NCBI GenBank assembly: GCA_005790965.1
Contig: SXTL01000024.1
Location: 1-48,022, forward strand
DNA length: 48,022 bases
Direction: 5' to 3'
DNA from: Burkholderiales bacterium
Lineage (GTDB): Bacteria; Pseudomonadota; Gammaproteobacteria; Burkholderiales; Thiobacillaceae
Numbering within the stretch: position 1 is the first letter of the stretch; the number at the start of each line of letters is the position of its first letter. A program made the translations under genes and the position numbers. The notes under the pieces were generated by a model. It worked only from the letters and a program-made list of their open reading frames with translations, was not told the origin of the DNA and did no database searches. This document shows positions 20,440-29,593 of the stretch, piece by piece.

Positions 20440-21389
20440 CCCCGCCCATTAAGCCACGGAGAACTGTTGCCGATCTCTTTCGGCAGGTTGAGGTGAAGCT
20501 GCAACTGGTCTGGCTGGCTGGGGCTCAGAGTGCTGATCGCGAGGTCTTGCAGGATACGGTGTATCGCCCCACGCTGGCCTTGGTGGGGCATGCCGATAAG
20601 CTCGAGCCTGGGCGTTTACAGGTTTTGGGTCTGACCGAAATCAATCTGTTGGCCTCGCTCGAGCCCGATGCTCGGCAACACGCCATCGAAGCGCTCTTTT
20701 CGTTTGACAGCGCGGCTATCTTTATCGCTAATGGCGTGGAGGTGCCGGACGCGTTTTTAGAGTGTGCCGAGCGTCACTCTACCCCCCTTATTTCGGCGGG
20801 CGTTTCGACCACGGCCTTGTGGCGTGGTCTGAATCATCAGCTGAGCCAGTCTCTGGCGCCTTATGTCGTGTTGCACGGGGTCTTCATGGAGGTCGCCGGC
20901 ATGGGGGTTCTGATTACCGGTGACCCGGCCATTGGCAAGAGTGAACTGGCCCTGGAGCTGGTGTCGCGCGGCCACCGACTGGTAGCCGATGATGCGGTGG
21001 AGTTTCACGCTTTGTCACCCGAGACCCTGGAAGGATGTAGCCCGGTGTTGTTGCGCGACTTCATGGAGGTGCGCGGTTTGGGTCTCCTCAATATCCGTTT
21101 ATTGTTTGGGGAGGCGGCCGTTAAGCACCGGGTTCAGCTTCGATTGATCGTACAACTCACCTCGGCGGACTCTTGGGATGCGTCGAATCGCTTCGATATG
21201 CAGGCCGAGCTGTGCCGTATTCTAGAGGTGACTGTGCCCAAGGTGCGCCTGCCGGTCGCGGTGGGGCGTAACTTAGCGGTGTTGGTCGAGGTGGCCGTGC
21301 GCAATCACATCCTGCAACAGCGTGGCTACAACAGCGGCGACGACTTTGCCCAGCGCCAGCGCGAGCAAATCGCGTTTGGGGACGGTTAA
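20427..21389 (+). CDS. hprK: HPr kinase/phosphorylase HprK
   Basis: Walker A GDPAIGKSELALELV, followed by the LVADDAVE and MEVRGLGLLNI signature. The GTG start overlaps the ptsN end. Confidence 0.92.
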   Translation: MDSLAPPIKPRRTVADLFRQVEVKLQLVWLAGAQSADREVLQDTVYRPTLALVGHADKLEPGRLQVLGLTEINLLASLEPDARQHAIEALFSFDSAAIFIANGVEVPDAFLECAERHSTPLISAGVSTTALWRGLNHQLSQSLAPYVVLHGVFMEVAGMGVLITGDPAIGKSELALELVSRGHRLVADDAVEFHALSPETLEGCSPVLLRDFMEVRGLGLLNIRLLFGEAAVKHRVQLRLIVQLTSADSWDASNRFDMQAELCRILEVTVPKVRLPVAVGRNLAVLVEVAVRNHILQQRGYNSGDDFAQRQREQIAFGDG

Positions 21390-22225
21390 TGCGCATCATC
21401 GTCCTCACAGGGTTGTCAGGCGCGGGCAAAAGCGTTGCCCTTAATCTTCTTGAAGACGAGGGCTTTTATTGCATCGACAACCTGCCGGCGCCGTTGTTGC
21501 CGGCGACCGTTGAGGTTCTGAGCCGAACTGGCTACAGTCAGGTGGCCGTAGGTATTGATGCCCGCGATCCGCAAAACTTGGCCGAGGCCGTAGCGGCGAT
21601 TCGCACCCTGAGCGCTCAGCATGCACTCCAGGTTTTATTTCTTGAGGCGAGCGATGACTGCTTGCTGCGGCGTTTTTCCGAAACGCGGCGCCGCCATCCG
21701 CTCAGTGTGGGTGACCGCGCCCTCAATCAATGCATCACCGATGAACGGGCCATGTTGGCCGATCTGGCGGCCTTAGGGCATCGCATTGACACCAGTGGCG
21801 TGACGGCCAACGCCTTGCGTGCCTGGCTGAAGGGTTTTCTGGCGATCGGCGGAGGCGTCTTTACCTTGGTCTTCGAATCTTTTGGTTTCAAGCATGGCCT
21901 GCCGCTGGATGCCGATCTTGTTTACGATGTCCGTTGCTTGACCAATCCCCACTATCGCAGCGAATTGCGTCCCCTGACAGGGCGCGATGCCCCGGTGGCG
22001 GATTATCTGGCCGCCGATGTTCAGGTGGGCGAGATGTGGGCCGACATCCGCAGTTTTCTGGAACGCTGGGTGCCGGTCTATGTGGCGGATAACCGCGCTT
22101 ACCTAACCGTAGCCCTGGGTTGCACGGGGGGGCAACACCGTTCGGTCTGGTTTGCTGAGACGCTGGCGGCTCATTTTGGTCACCGGTACCAAGTGTTGTT
22201 GCGACATCGGAATCTGCCGCTGTGA
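21389..22225 (+). CDS. rapZ: RNase adapter protein RapZ (YhbJ)
   Basis: P-loop LTGLSGAGKSVALNLLED and the C-terminal CTGGQHRSV motif. 1-nt overlap with the hprK stop. Confidence 0.95.
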   Translation: MRIIVLTGLSGAGKSVALNLLEDEGFYCIDNLPAPLLPATVEVLSRTGYSQVAVGIDARDPQNLAEAVAAIRTLSAQHALQVLFLEASDDCLLRRFSETRRRHPLSVGDRALNQCITDERAMLADLAALGHRIDTSGVTANALRAWLKGFLAIGGGVFTLVFESFGFKHGLPLDADLVYDVRCLTNPHYRSELRPLTGRDAPVADYLAADVQVGEMWADIRSFLERWVPVYVADNRAYLTVALGCTGGQHRSVWFAETLAAHFGHRYQVLLRHRNLPL

Positions 22226-22587
22226 ACAGCTTACCTTTGCCGAGTCTGCAGGTCGGAGATTGGGGAGTGGCCTTGCTGGGCCTCGCGACCATCGTGATGC
22301 TGGCGACACAGGCCCCGGTACCTAGCGGGCGTGTGGTAATCCGGCAGGCGGGTCAGATCTTCATGGAAGGGGATGTGCGCCTCAATCAGCTGATTCGGGT
22401 GCCCGGTCCGCTGGGCGTGACGGTGGTTGAATTTCGGGCCGGGCGCGTACGCGTCGCGGCGGACCCTTCGCCGCGTCAGGTCTGTGTCCGGCAGGGCTGG
22501 CTAAGGGCTGGCGAGGCGGCAGTGTGTTTGCCGAATCGGGTCAGCGTGGAATGGGGGCGGTTGACCTATGACAGCCTCGGCTATTGA
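22222..22587 (+). CDS. NusG domain II-containing (DUF1312) membrane-anchored protein
   Basis: 121 aa with an N-terminal TM (WGVALLGLATIVMLA) and a C-terminal motif PRQVCVRQGWLRAGEAAVCLPNRVSV, matching the conserved C-x-x-Q-G-W ... V-C-L-P-N signature of this family. GTGA overlap with rapZ. Confidence 0.75.
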   Translation: MNSLPLPSLQVGDWGVALLGLATIVMLATQAPVPSGRVVIRQAGQIFMEGDVRLNQLIRVPGPLGVTVVEFRAGRVRVAADPSPRQVCVRQGWLRAGEAAVCLPNRVSVEWGRLTYDSLGY

Positions 22588-23089
22588 ACTGATTCCCAAC
22601 GAGGCCGACCGCCAGATTGCGGCACTGGCGGCGGTGGCGGTGGGGCTGACCTTGGTCGAGGCCGTTATCCCCTTGCCCTTGCCCGGTGTCAAACCGGGGC
22701 TGGCTAACATCGTGACCCTGATCGTATTGTGGCGTTGGGGTTGGCGCGCGGCCGTCTGGGTGACGCTGCTGCGTATTGTGGCCGGGGCACTCGCCTTGGG
22801 TACCTTCCTGACGCCTACCTTTGTGCTCAGTTTCTCCGGAGGCTTGGCCAGCCTGCTGATCCTCGCGTTAGCGATCCATTTGCCGCGGCGCTGGTTTGGC
22901 CCGGTTAGCCTGTCGCTACTGGCGGGTTTTGCGCATATTGTGGCGCAGTTGGGCGTGGCTAATCTGTGGCTGATGCCACAGGTCAACCTAAGCGGTCTCC
23001 TGCCTATCTTTTTAGGCGCGGCCTGGTTGACGGGATTGGCGAATGGGCTGATCGTAGTGAGCTTGATGAATTCGAGACAGATCACATGA
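22568..23089 (+). CDS. Gx transporter family protein (heptaprenyl diphosphate synthase component I-like, PF07456-type)
   Basis: 173-aa polytopic membrane protein (4-5 TM). It shows the usual pairing with an upstream DUF1312 gene, which it overlaps by 20 nt. Confidence 0.7.
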   Translation: MTASAIELIPNEADRQIAALAAVAVGLTLVEAVIPLPLPGVKPGLANIVTLIVLWRWGWRAAVWVTLLRIVAGALALGTFLTPTFVLSFSGGLASLLILALAIHLPRRWFGPVSLSLLAGFAHIVAQLGVANLWLMPQVNLSGLLPIFLGAAWLTGLANGLIVVSLMNSRQIT

Positions 23090-23688
23090 AACATGTTGCC
23101 CTGGCTTTGACGGGAGCGTCGGGCGCGGCCTATGGTCTGCGTTTGTTAGCGGCTCTGCTGGCGGCGGAGTATCGCGTCAGCTTGATGTTGTCGCAGGCGG
23201 CACGCATTGTGCTGAAGCAGGAAACGGATTGGGCATTACCCGTTGATACGGCGACCCTCACCGCGGAGCTGACGGCGCGTTATCCTGGGGGCCAGCTCGC
23301 GCTCTACGGCGAGAAAGAATGGTTCTCACCCTTGGCCTCGGGGAGCGGGGCCGCTGATGCCATGGTGATCTGCCCGTGTAGCATGGGCACGCTGGCGGCC
23401 GTGGCGCATGGCCTGTCGGATAACCTGATCGAACGGGCTGCTGATGTGACGCTTAAAGAGCGCCGACCGTTGATCTTGGTGCCGCGCGAGACGCCTTTTT
23501 CGCTGATTCATTTGCGTAACATGACGCAGCTCGCTGAGGCCGGTGCCGTGATTCTGCCGGCCAATCCCGGCTTTTATGCGCGTCCGGAACGGGTCGAAGA
23601 CCTTATCGATTTTGTTGTCGCCCGTATTCTTGACCAGTTGGGGGTGGCACAGACTATGATTCCGCGCTGGGGAAATTTGAAAGGCTGA
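23086..23688 (+). CDS. ubiX: Flavin prenyltransferase UbiX
   Basis: [21 protein letters not shown]..., [15 protein letters not shown] and LILVPRETP motifs. ATGA overlap with the upstream membrane protein gene. Confidence 0.95.
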   Translation: MKHVALALTGASGAAYGLRLLAALLAAEYRVSLMLSQAARIVLKQETDWALPVDTATLTAELTARYPGGQLALYGEKEWFSPLASGSGAADAMVICPCSMGTLAAVAHGLSDNLIERAADVTLKERRPLILVPRETPFSLIHLRNMTQLAEAGAVILPANPGFYARPERVEDLIDFVVARILDQLGVAQTMIPRWGNLKG

Positions 23689-23690
23689 AT

Positions 23691-24332
23691 ATGTTGCCCG
23701 TCCGCTTGTCTGCTGCAGATCATCTTGTTATTCAATTGGATACCGCCCTGCGTACGGTGTTTTCCCGGGCCCAGTCGCGGCGTCCGTATCCCGATGCGGC
23801 GTTGTCGGAGGGCGAACTCAACGAGGTCGAACGCCGCCACGCTGCGGGGCTGATGCGTATTAATCACACGGGCGAGGTATGTGCCCAGGCACTCTACGCC
23901 GGGCAGGCCCTGACCGCGCGCAATGTCACCGTGCAAAAGGCGCTGGTTGCAGCAGCGGCTGAAGAAACTGAACACCTGGCTTGGTGCGAGAAACGCTTAG
24001 ATGCCTTGGGTAGTCACAAGAGTCTGTCCAATCCGCTGTGGTATGTCGGTTCATTTGGCCTTGGCATGTTCGCGGGCGCGTTGGGCGATAAGTGGAACCT
24101 GGGTTTTCTGGCCGAGACCGAACGGCAAGTGGAAGGCCACCTTAACGACCATCTCGAATGGCTGCCAGCGCACGATCAGAAAAGCCGTGCCGTGGTGCAG
24201 CAGATGAAGGTGGACGAAGCGAAACATGCGGATACCGCGCTGGCCCACGGTGGCGCGCCGCTGCCCGCGCCGGTCAAGCTGGCCATGCAAGGCATGGCCA
24301 AGGTGATGAAGGCGCTGGTTTACCGGGTCTGA
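23691..24332 (+). CDS. coq7: Demethoxyubiquinol hydroxylase Coq7 (di-iron carboxylate type)
   Basis: 213 aa with [28 protein letters not shown] and DEAKH di-iron ligand motifs. Confidence 0.93.
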   Translation: MLPVRLSAADHLVIQLDTALRTVFSRAQSRRPYPDAALSEGELNEVERRHAAGLMRINHTGEVCAQALYAGQALTARNVTVQKALVAAAAEETEHLAWCEKRLDALGSHKSLSNPLWYVGSFGLGMFAGALGDKWNLGFLAETERQVEGHLNDHLEWLPAHDQKSRAVVQQMKVDEAKHADTALAHGGAPLPAPVKLAMQGMAKVMKALVYRV

Positions 24333-24377
24333 CCACGAGCCGAGGGCCTGACCGGCTTGCCAGGGTGGGGTGACTCG

Positions 24378-24794
24378 CTAGGCCGCAATAATCTCGAAGT
24401 CGTGCGTCATCGCGGCGGTCTTGCCGAGGATGATGCTGGCCGAGCAATATTTTTCGGCGGATAGTTTGATGGCGCGATCGACAATTTCGGGCTTGAGATT
24501 ACGGCCGGTGACGGTGAAGTGCATGTGAACACGGGTGAACACCTTGGGGTGGTCGTCGGCGCGGTCGGCCTCGATGGCAACTTCGCAGGCGGTAACATCC
24601 TGACGACTTTTTTTAAGAATCATGATGACATCCACCGAGGTGCAGCCGCCCGTCCCCATCAGCAGCATTTCCATGGGGCGCGGCCCGAGGTTGCGGCCAC
24701 CAATTTCGGGTGATCCATCCATGATGACGGCGTGACCGCTGTCGGCCTCGCCCATGAAGCACACATCTTCAACCCATTTCACACGCGTTTTCAT
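24378..24794 (-). CDS. OsmC family peroxiredoxin-like protein
   Basis: 138-aa OsmC/Ohr fold pattern with two conserved Cys (GGCTSVD and KYCSAS). Confidence 0.85.
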   Translation of the reverse strand: MKTRVKWVEDVCFMGEADSGHAVIMDGSPEIGGRNLGPRPMEMLLMGTGGCTSVDVIMILKKSRQDVTACEVAIEADRADDHPKVFTRVHMHFTVTGRNLKPEIVDRAIKLSAEKYCSASIILGKTAAMTHDFEIIAA

Positions 24795-24805
24795 TGCCTT
24801 TCCTT

Positions 24806-25579
24806 TCAGTCAAAGAGTGCCCGTAGCCGATACCAGACACGGCCGATGGCTTCGTGCATGGCGTAGTAGCTGTAGCGCAGGTATTGCCCATTGGGCACGA
24901 AATCCAGCGGTGTCGTCGCTGCGGTGTTGACGAACCCCGTGCCAGCGGCGATAACGGTTAGACCGTGGCGTTCGAACTCAGCAATGGCGCGCGGCAGGTG
25001 CCAGGCCTGACTGACCAGCCAGATGCGGGTGACCCCCGCCTTTTTGAGCATATTGGCTGCATAGGCGGCATTCTCGCGGCTGTTGTCGGAGCGATCCTCA
25101 ACCCAGCGGGTATGAACGCGAAAATCCTGTTCCAGCACGGCTTGCATTAACGAGGCCTCGGCTGGGCCGCCGTCGGGCGCGCCGCCGCTGACCAGAATGG
25201 GTTTGCCGGTTTGCCGCGCCAGGTAGGCGCCGTAGCGGAGGCGTTCCAGCGTCTCGCTCTTGATGTTGTCGGAGCCGAATTCGGGCGCATTGCGGTAGCT
25301 TCCCCCGCCCAAGATGACGATGGCCTCGGCCGCGTCTTTGTCGATTTGCGTCAAGGCCGGGGCCTCCAGCGGGGCCAGCAGGCGCTTGGCGAGCCACGGC
25401 GTGGACAGTAGCGTCAGGCCGAGCAGGGCGACGACGATTAGGGTCTTTCCGAGGACAGGGCGGCGGCGTCTGGCTGCTGCGCGCTGCAGCCACAGCCCCA
25501 AGAGACCGACCAGGACGAGGTTCAGCGGGGGTAGCAGGAAGGCCGCGAGCGTGTTGGTGATGAGCCAGCCGATATTCAT
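24806..25579 (-). CDS. YdcF/DUF218 family membrane-anchored protein
   Basis: 257 aa with N-terminal TM helices and a DUF218 core (AIVILGGG..., ILVSGG, S.NSRENA, LVSQAWHLPRA). Confidence 0.85.
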   Translation of the reverse strand: MNIGWLITNTLAAFLLPPLNLVLVGLLGLWLQRAAARRRRPVLGKTLIVVALLGLTLLSTPWLAKRLLAPLEAPALTQIDKDAAEAIVILGGGSYRNAPEFGSDNIKSETLERLRYGAYLARQTGKPILVSGGAPDGGPAEASLMQAVLEQDFRVHTRWVEDRSDNSRENAAYAANMLKKAGVTRIWLVSQAWHLPRAIAEFERHGLTVIAAGTGFVNTAATTPLDFVPNGQYLRYSYYAMHEAIGRVWYRLRALFD

Positions 25580-25693
25580 GGAAGCGCATTATCCACGAGA
25601 TGAACCGAGACGGGATGCGCAGAAGCTGGGGCTGGAGCTGCGGCGTGTGGTGAGTTGCAAACCCAACGAAGGTGGACCGACGGTGAGATGGGT

Positions 25694-25723
25694 TTGACAT
25701 ACCGAGACAGGTTCCTCTACAAT
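25694..25723 (+). promoter_or_regulatory. Putative strong sigma-70 promoter of rplM-rpsI
   Basis: TTGACA (25694..25699), an 18-nt spacer, then TACAAT (25718..25723). This leaves a leader of ~77 nt before the rplM ATG. Confidence 0.65.
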
Positions 25724-25806
25724 CCGCCGCTTTCTCAGATTCATTAGTGCTCCGTTCGGGTTTGATCCTTGGGTGGGGTGCTTACAGTAACCGTTAAGGA
25801 CAGGCC

Positions 25807-26235
25807 ATGAAGACCTTTTCCGCTAAGCCGCACGAAGTCGTGCATGGCTGGTATGTAGTAGATGCTAACGACAAGGTGCTTGGTCGCCTTGCCTCCGAGA
25901 TTGCCCGTCGTTTGCGTGGCAAGCACAAGCCCATCTACACGCCGCACTGCGATACGGGCGACTTTATCGTCGTTGTTAATGTCGACAAACTGCGCGTGAC
26001 CGGGGCCAAGGACGAGGGCAAGATTTATTATCGTCACACGACCTATCCGGGTGGTATTCGTGAGACCACCTTCGCCAAGATGCAAGACAAGCATCCGGGC
26101 CGGGCTCTGGAGCTCGCTGTCAAAGGCATGTTGCCGAAAGGCCCGCTGGGCTACGCCATGCTCAAGAAGCTGAAGGTCTATGCCGGTGGCGAACATCCGC
26201 ACACCGCCCAGCAACCGCAAACACTTTCTATCTAA
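25807..26235 (+). CDS. rplM: 50S ribosomal protein L13
   Basis: 142 aa, [47 protein letters not shown]..., canonical L13. Confidence 0.98.
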   Translation: MKTFSAKPHEVVHGWYVVDANDKVLGRLASEIARRLRGKHKPIYTPHCDTGDFIVVVNVDKLRVTGAKDEGKIYYRHTTYPGGIRETTFAKMQDKHPGRALELAVKGMLPKGPLGYAMLKKLKVYAGGEHPHTAQQPQTLSI

Positions 26236-26244
26236 GGTACGCAC

Positions 26245-26637
26245 ATGATCGGTGAATACTATTACGGAACCGGCCGCCGCAAGAGCTCGGTTGCCCGCGT
26301 CTTCGTCAAGGCTGGCTCTGGCCAGATCGTCGTTAATGGCAAACCGGTGGACGAATACTTCGCCCGCGAAACGGGCCGCATGATCGTGCGGCAGCCCCTG
26401 GTTCTTGTGGATCGCCTTGCCAGCTTTGACATCATGGTGAATGTCAACGGCGGCGGTGAGTCTGGTCAAGCCGGTGCCGTGCGTCATGGCATTACGCGTG
26501 CCTTGATCGACTTTGATGTTGCCCTCAAGCCGCCGCTCAAGGCCGCGGGTCTGGTAACGCGCGATGCTCGTGAGGTTGAGCGTAAGTAGGTCGGTCTGCG
26601 CAAGGCCCGTCGCCGCAAGCAGTTCTCCAAGCGTTAA
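26245..26637 (+). CDS. rpsI: 30S ribosomal protein S9, interrupted by an in-frame TAG at codon 115 (26587..26589). The uninterrupted ORF ends at 26589; the conserved C-terminal tail continues in frame to TAA 26635..26637
   Basis: [34 protein letters not shown] and [10 protein letters not shown], then TAG, then [19 protein letters not shown]. coli S9 ends [20 protein letters not shown]. Confidence 0.95.
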
Positions 26638-26654
26638 TTGCTGCCCTGCAAAAA

Positions 26655-26680
26655 AGCCGCCCACGATGGCGGCTTTTTTG
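26655..26680 (+). terminator. Rho-independent terminator of rplM-rpsI
   Basis: AGCCGCC-CACGAT-GGCGGCT hairpin followed by TTTTTT (26674..26679), 18 nt after the TAA of the full-length rpsI frame. Confidence 0.85.
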
Positions 26681-26722
26681 TTGCCGGTATATTCTTCAGC
26701 ATCCCTTTTTTGAGGTTCAAAC

Positions 26723-27751
26723 ATGATCAAGGCAGGAATCGTCGGCGGCACGGGTTACACCGGCGTGGAGTTATTGCGTTTGTTGGCGCAACACCCGGAG
26801 GTGGAATTGACGGCTATTACCTCGCGCAAGGAGGCCGGGATGCCGGTGGCGGAGATGTTCCCGTCGCTGCGCGGCCGGGTCGATCTGGCGTTTAGCACGC
26901 CGGACGATGCCCAGCTCAAGGGTTGCGATGTGGTGTTTTTTGCGACACCTAACGGCGTGGCTATGACCCAAACCCGCGAACTGCTCGAGGCCGGCGTCAA
27001 GGTGATTGATCTGGCCGCTGACTTTCGCATCCCTGATCTCGCTGTGTGGTCGAAGTGGTATGGCATGGAACATGCCTGCCCTGACCTAGTGGCTGAGGCC
27101 GTGTACGGCCTGCCCGAAATCAACCGCGCCCAAGTCAAGGGCGCACGCCTGATTGCCAACCCGGGCTGTTACCCGACGGCCGTGCAATTGGGCTTCATGC
27201 CGCTCATTGAGGCCGGCGTGATCGATACCCATTTTCTGGTGGCGGACTGCAAATCGGGCGTGTCTGGGGCTGGGCGCAAGGCCGAAGTGCATACCCTGTT
27301 CCCCGAGGCCAGTGACAACTTCAAGGCCTATGCCGTGCCGGGCCACCGCCATCAACCGGAGATCCGGCAGGGCTTGGCGCGGATGGCTGGACACGATGTG
27401 GGACTGACCTTCGTGCCGCACCTGACGCCGCTGATCCGCGGGATTCACGCCACGCTCTACGCCCGTTTGACCAAGGACATCGACTTGCAGGCGTTGTTCG
27501 AACAGCGCTATGCCAACGAGTTTTTTGTCGATGTGCTACCCGCCAAAGGCCATCCGGAAACGCGCTCGGTGCGTGCCTCGAATCTATGCCGTATTGCTGT
27601 GCATCGCCCGCAGGGTGGAGATACTGTGGTCATCCTGTCGGTCATTGATAATCTGGTCAAGGGCGCGGCGGGTCAGGCAGTGCAGAACATGAATTTGTTG
27701 TTCGGACTTGAAGAAACGCAGGGTCTGACCCAGATTCCGGTTATGCCCTGA
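26723..27751 (+). CDS. argC: N-acetyl-gamma-glutamyl-phosphate reductase ArgC
   Basis: 342 aa with [16 protein letters not shown] and the active-site ANPGCYPT motif. Confidence 0.96.
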   Translation: MIKAGIVGGTGYTGVELLRLLAQHPEVELTAITSRKEAGMPVAEMFPSLRGRVDLAFSTPDDAQLKGCDVVFFATPNGVAMTQTRELLEAGVKVIDLAADFRIPDLAVWSKWYGMEHACPDLVAEAVYGLPEINRAQVKGARLIANPGCYPTAVQLGFMPLIEAGVIDTHFLVADCKSGVSGAGRKAEVHTLFPEASDNFKAYAVPGHRHQPEIRQGLARMAGHDVGLTFVPHLTPLIRGIHATLYARLTKDIDLQALFEQRYANEFFVDVLPAKGHPETRSVRASNLCRIAVHRPQGGDTVVILSVIDNLVKGAAGQAVQNMNLLFGLEETQGLTQIPVMP

Positions 27752-27810
27752 TTGACGGGGCCGCTGGTTTATAGCATACTAAATCAGTCAACTTTTATTT
27801 GGAGTACATC

Positions 27811-28149
27811 ATGACCGCCGCATCCCCGCTGAACTTTACCGACAACGCCGCTGCCAAGGTCAAGGCCTTGATCGAGGAAGAGGGCAATCCCGAGTTGAAA
27901 CTGCGGGTCTTTGTGACTGGCGGCGGATGTTCCGGCTTCCAGTATGGCTTCACCTTCGACGAAGCTCAGAATGACGATGATTTCACCATGAACAAGGATG
28001 GCGTGACTCTGCTCATCGACTCCATGAGCATGCAATACATGACGGGTGCCGAGATTGACTACAGCGAAGGCCTAGAAGGCGCGCAGTTTGTGATTCGTAA
28101 CCCCAACGCCACCACGACCTGCGGTTGCGGTTCTTCGTTCTCGGCCTGA
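27811..28149 (+). CDS. erpA: Iron-sulfur cluster insertion protein ErpA (A-type carrier)
   Basis: [22 protein letters not shown] and C-terminal CGCGSSF. GGAG RBS lies 6 nt upstream of ATG 27811. A TTGACG-17 nt-CATACT promoter-like element is at 27752..27780. Confidence 0.93.
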   Translation: MTAASPLNFTDNAAAKVKALIEEEGNPELKLRVFVTGGGCSGFQYGFTFDEAQNDDDFTMNKDGVTLLIDSMSMQYMTGAEIDYSEGLEGAQFVIRNPNATTTCGCGSSFSA

Positions 28150-28170
28150 CCTAGCCTGAGTGACCTGACA

Positions 28171-28190
28171 GGGCGGCGCAAGCCGCCCTT
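28171..28190 (+). terminator. GC-rich hairpin downstream of erpA (weak or partial terminator)
   Basis: GGGCGGC-GCAA-GCCGCCC, followed only by TT. There is no proper U-tract, so function is uncertain. Confidence 0.35.
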
Positions 28191-28194
28191 ATGC

Positions 28195-28389
28195 ATGGAG
28201 ACCAGGGTTATGAACGATACCGTCAAGAGCGTCGCCTGTCCGACCTGTGGCCAGGCGGTGGAATGGCGGCCTGAAAACGCTTTTCGGCCGTTCTGTTCCA
28301 AGCGTTGCAAGCTGATTGATCTGGGCGAGTGGGCTAGTGAGGGCTACCGCGTCCCTGCAGAAGATCAGCCTAACGCGGATCTGCTATAA
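28195..28389 (+). CDS. yacG: DNA gyrase inhibitor YacG (zinc-ribbon)
   Basis: [10 protein letters not shown]...[16 protein letters not shown] is the canonical YacG motif. The start could instead be ATG 28210 (MNDTV). Confidence 0.9.
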   Translation: METRVMNDTVKSVACPTCGQAVEWRPENAFRPFCSKRCKLIDLGEWASEGYRVPAEDQPNADLL

Positions 28390-28429
28390 GCGCCCATCCC
28401 CACGCTACGGTTCCAGACGGAGCTGGGCG

Positions 28430-28864
28430 TTAGCGGCTAGCGGCTTGTCCCGCTCGCCAGCCCTCGCCATAAGCGGCCAGCAGCGCGGCTTTTAGCCCGG
28501 CTTGCGCATCAAGGTCATCCACGCCCATTTCGCGTTTGGCAATGGCCTGCACCACGCGAGTATCCCGGATATGGCAGGCTTTCTGTACAAAGGCCTCCCA
28601 GTCGAATGAGCCCTCTGCGCAACAATCGATCGCCAGTCCGGTGGGTTCGGAAAATTGGATTTCTTCCGACTCCAGTACCTCATACAGATAGGAATACGCA
28701 TCAATGCCGCCCGCCCGGGCCAAGGCCTGATAAAAATCGGGCGCATCCGCGCTATTGGCTAGACAGCGATCCAGATCGATTACGGACGCCAGCACGACCG
28801 TCTCACCCTTGAAGGAGCATTCCAAGCGGGCGAGGAGGGTGTTAGCTGAGAGCATACCGGACAT
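28430..28864 (-). CDS. Hypothetical acidic cytoplasmic protein (144 aa), no family recognised
   Basis: The ORF start ATG shares one nucleotide with the rpiA stop (TGATG). Codon usage is similar to neighbouring genes. No TM segment or signal peptide. Confidence 0.6.
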   Translation of the reverse strand: MSGMLSANTLLARLECSFKGETVVLASVIDLDRCLANSADAPDFYQALARAGGIDAYSYLYEVLESEEIQFSEPTGLAIDCCAEGSFDWEAFVQKACHIRDTRVVQAIAKREMGVDDLDAQAGLKAALLAAYGEGWRAGQAASR

Positions 28865-29520
28865 CAGCGGGTCAGCGTCTTGACTCCGTTCTGCGTACCC
28901 ATCAGGAACACATCGGCGCCACGCCGTGCAAATAATCCGACTGTAACGACGCCGACGATCTGGTTGATTTCGGTTTCCATGGCGACCGGGTCAACGATGT
29001 TCATGCCGTGCACATCTAGGATGACATTGCCGTTATCGGTGGTGAATCCCTCACGCAGGACCGGGTTGCCGCCGAGTTTGACGAGTTGGCGGGCGACAAA
29101 AGAGCGGGCCATGGGGATGACCTCAACCGGCAAGGGAAATTTGCCCATAACATCGACCAGCTTGCTATCGTCGGCAATGCAGATGAATTTCTTGGCGCAG
29201 GCTGCCACAATTTTTTCACGGGTCAGCGCGCCACCCCCGCCCTTGATCATGGCCATGTGGCGGGTAATCTCGTCGGCCCCATCGACATAGACCTCCATCT
29301 CGCCAACGCTGTTGAGATCCAGCACCGGGATGCCAATCATTTGCAGTCGCTCGGCAGTGGCGATGGATGAGGCCACGGCGCCATCAATGCGGCCTTTGAT
29401 GGCGGCCAGCGCGGCAATAAAATGGTTGGCAGTAGAGCCGGTTCCAACGCCGATAATGCCGCTGGGCACATGTTCGATGGCGGCGTGGGCTACGGCTTTT
29501 TTGAGTTCGTCCTGAGTCAT
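28864..29520 (-). CDS. rpiA: Ribose-5-phosphate isomerase A
   Basis: 218 aa with [18 protein letters not shown] and [14 protein letters not shown] motifs. Confidence 0.96.
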   Translation of the reverse strand: MTQDELKKAVAHAAIEHVPSGIIGVGTGSTANHFIAALAAIKGRIDGAVASSIATAERLQMIGIPVLDLNSVGEMEVYVDGADEITRHMAMIKGGGGALTREKIVAACAKKFICIADDSKLVDVMGKFPLPVEVIPMARSFVARQLVKLGGNPVLREGFTTDNGNVILDVHGMNIVDPVAMETEINQIVGVVTVGLFARRGADVFLMGTQNGVKTLTR

Positions 29521-29593
29521 TTTTGTCGTCTCGCTATGAAGTTATCCGGAATCCCGCCAGAATAGCGGGGAAGCTCGCTCAATACAAATTGCC

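Noticed and set aside
25744-26751. 335-aa minus-strand ORF spanning rplM, rpsI and their flanks
   Set aside because: It is antisense to two canonical ribosomal protein genes and crosses their intergenic spacer and terminator. It has no motif, no RBS context and no start support, so it is a GC-driven artefact.
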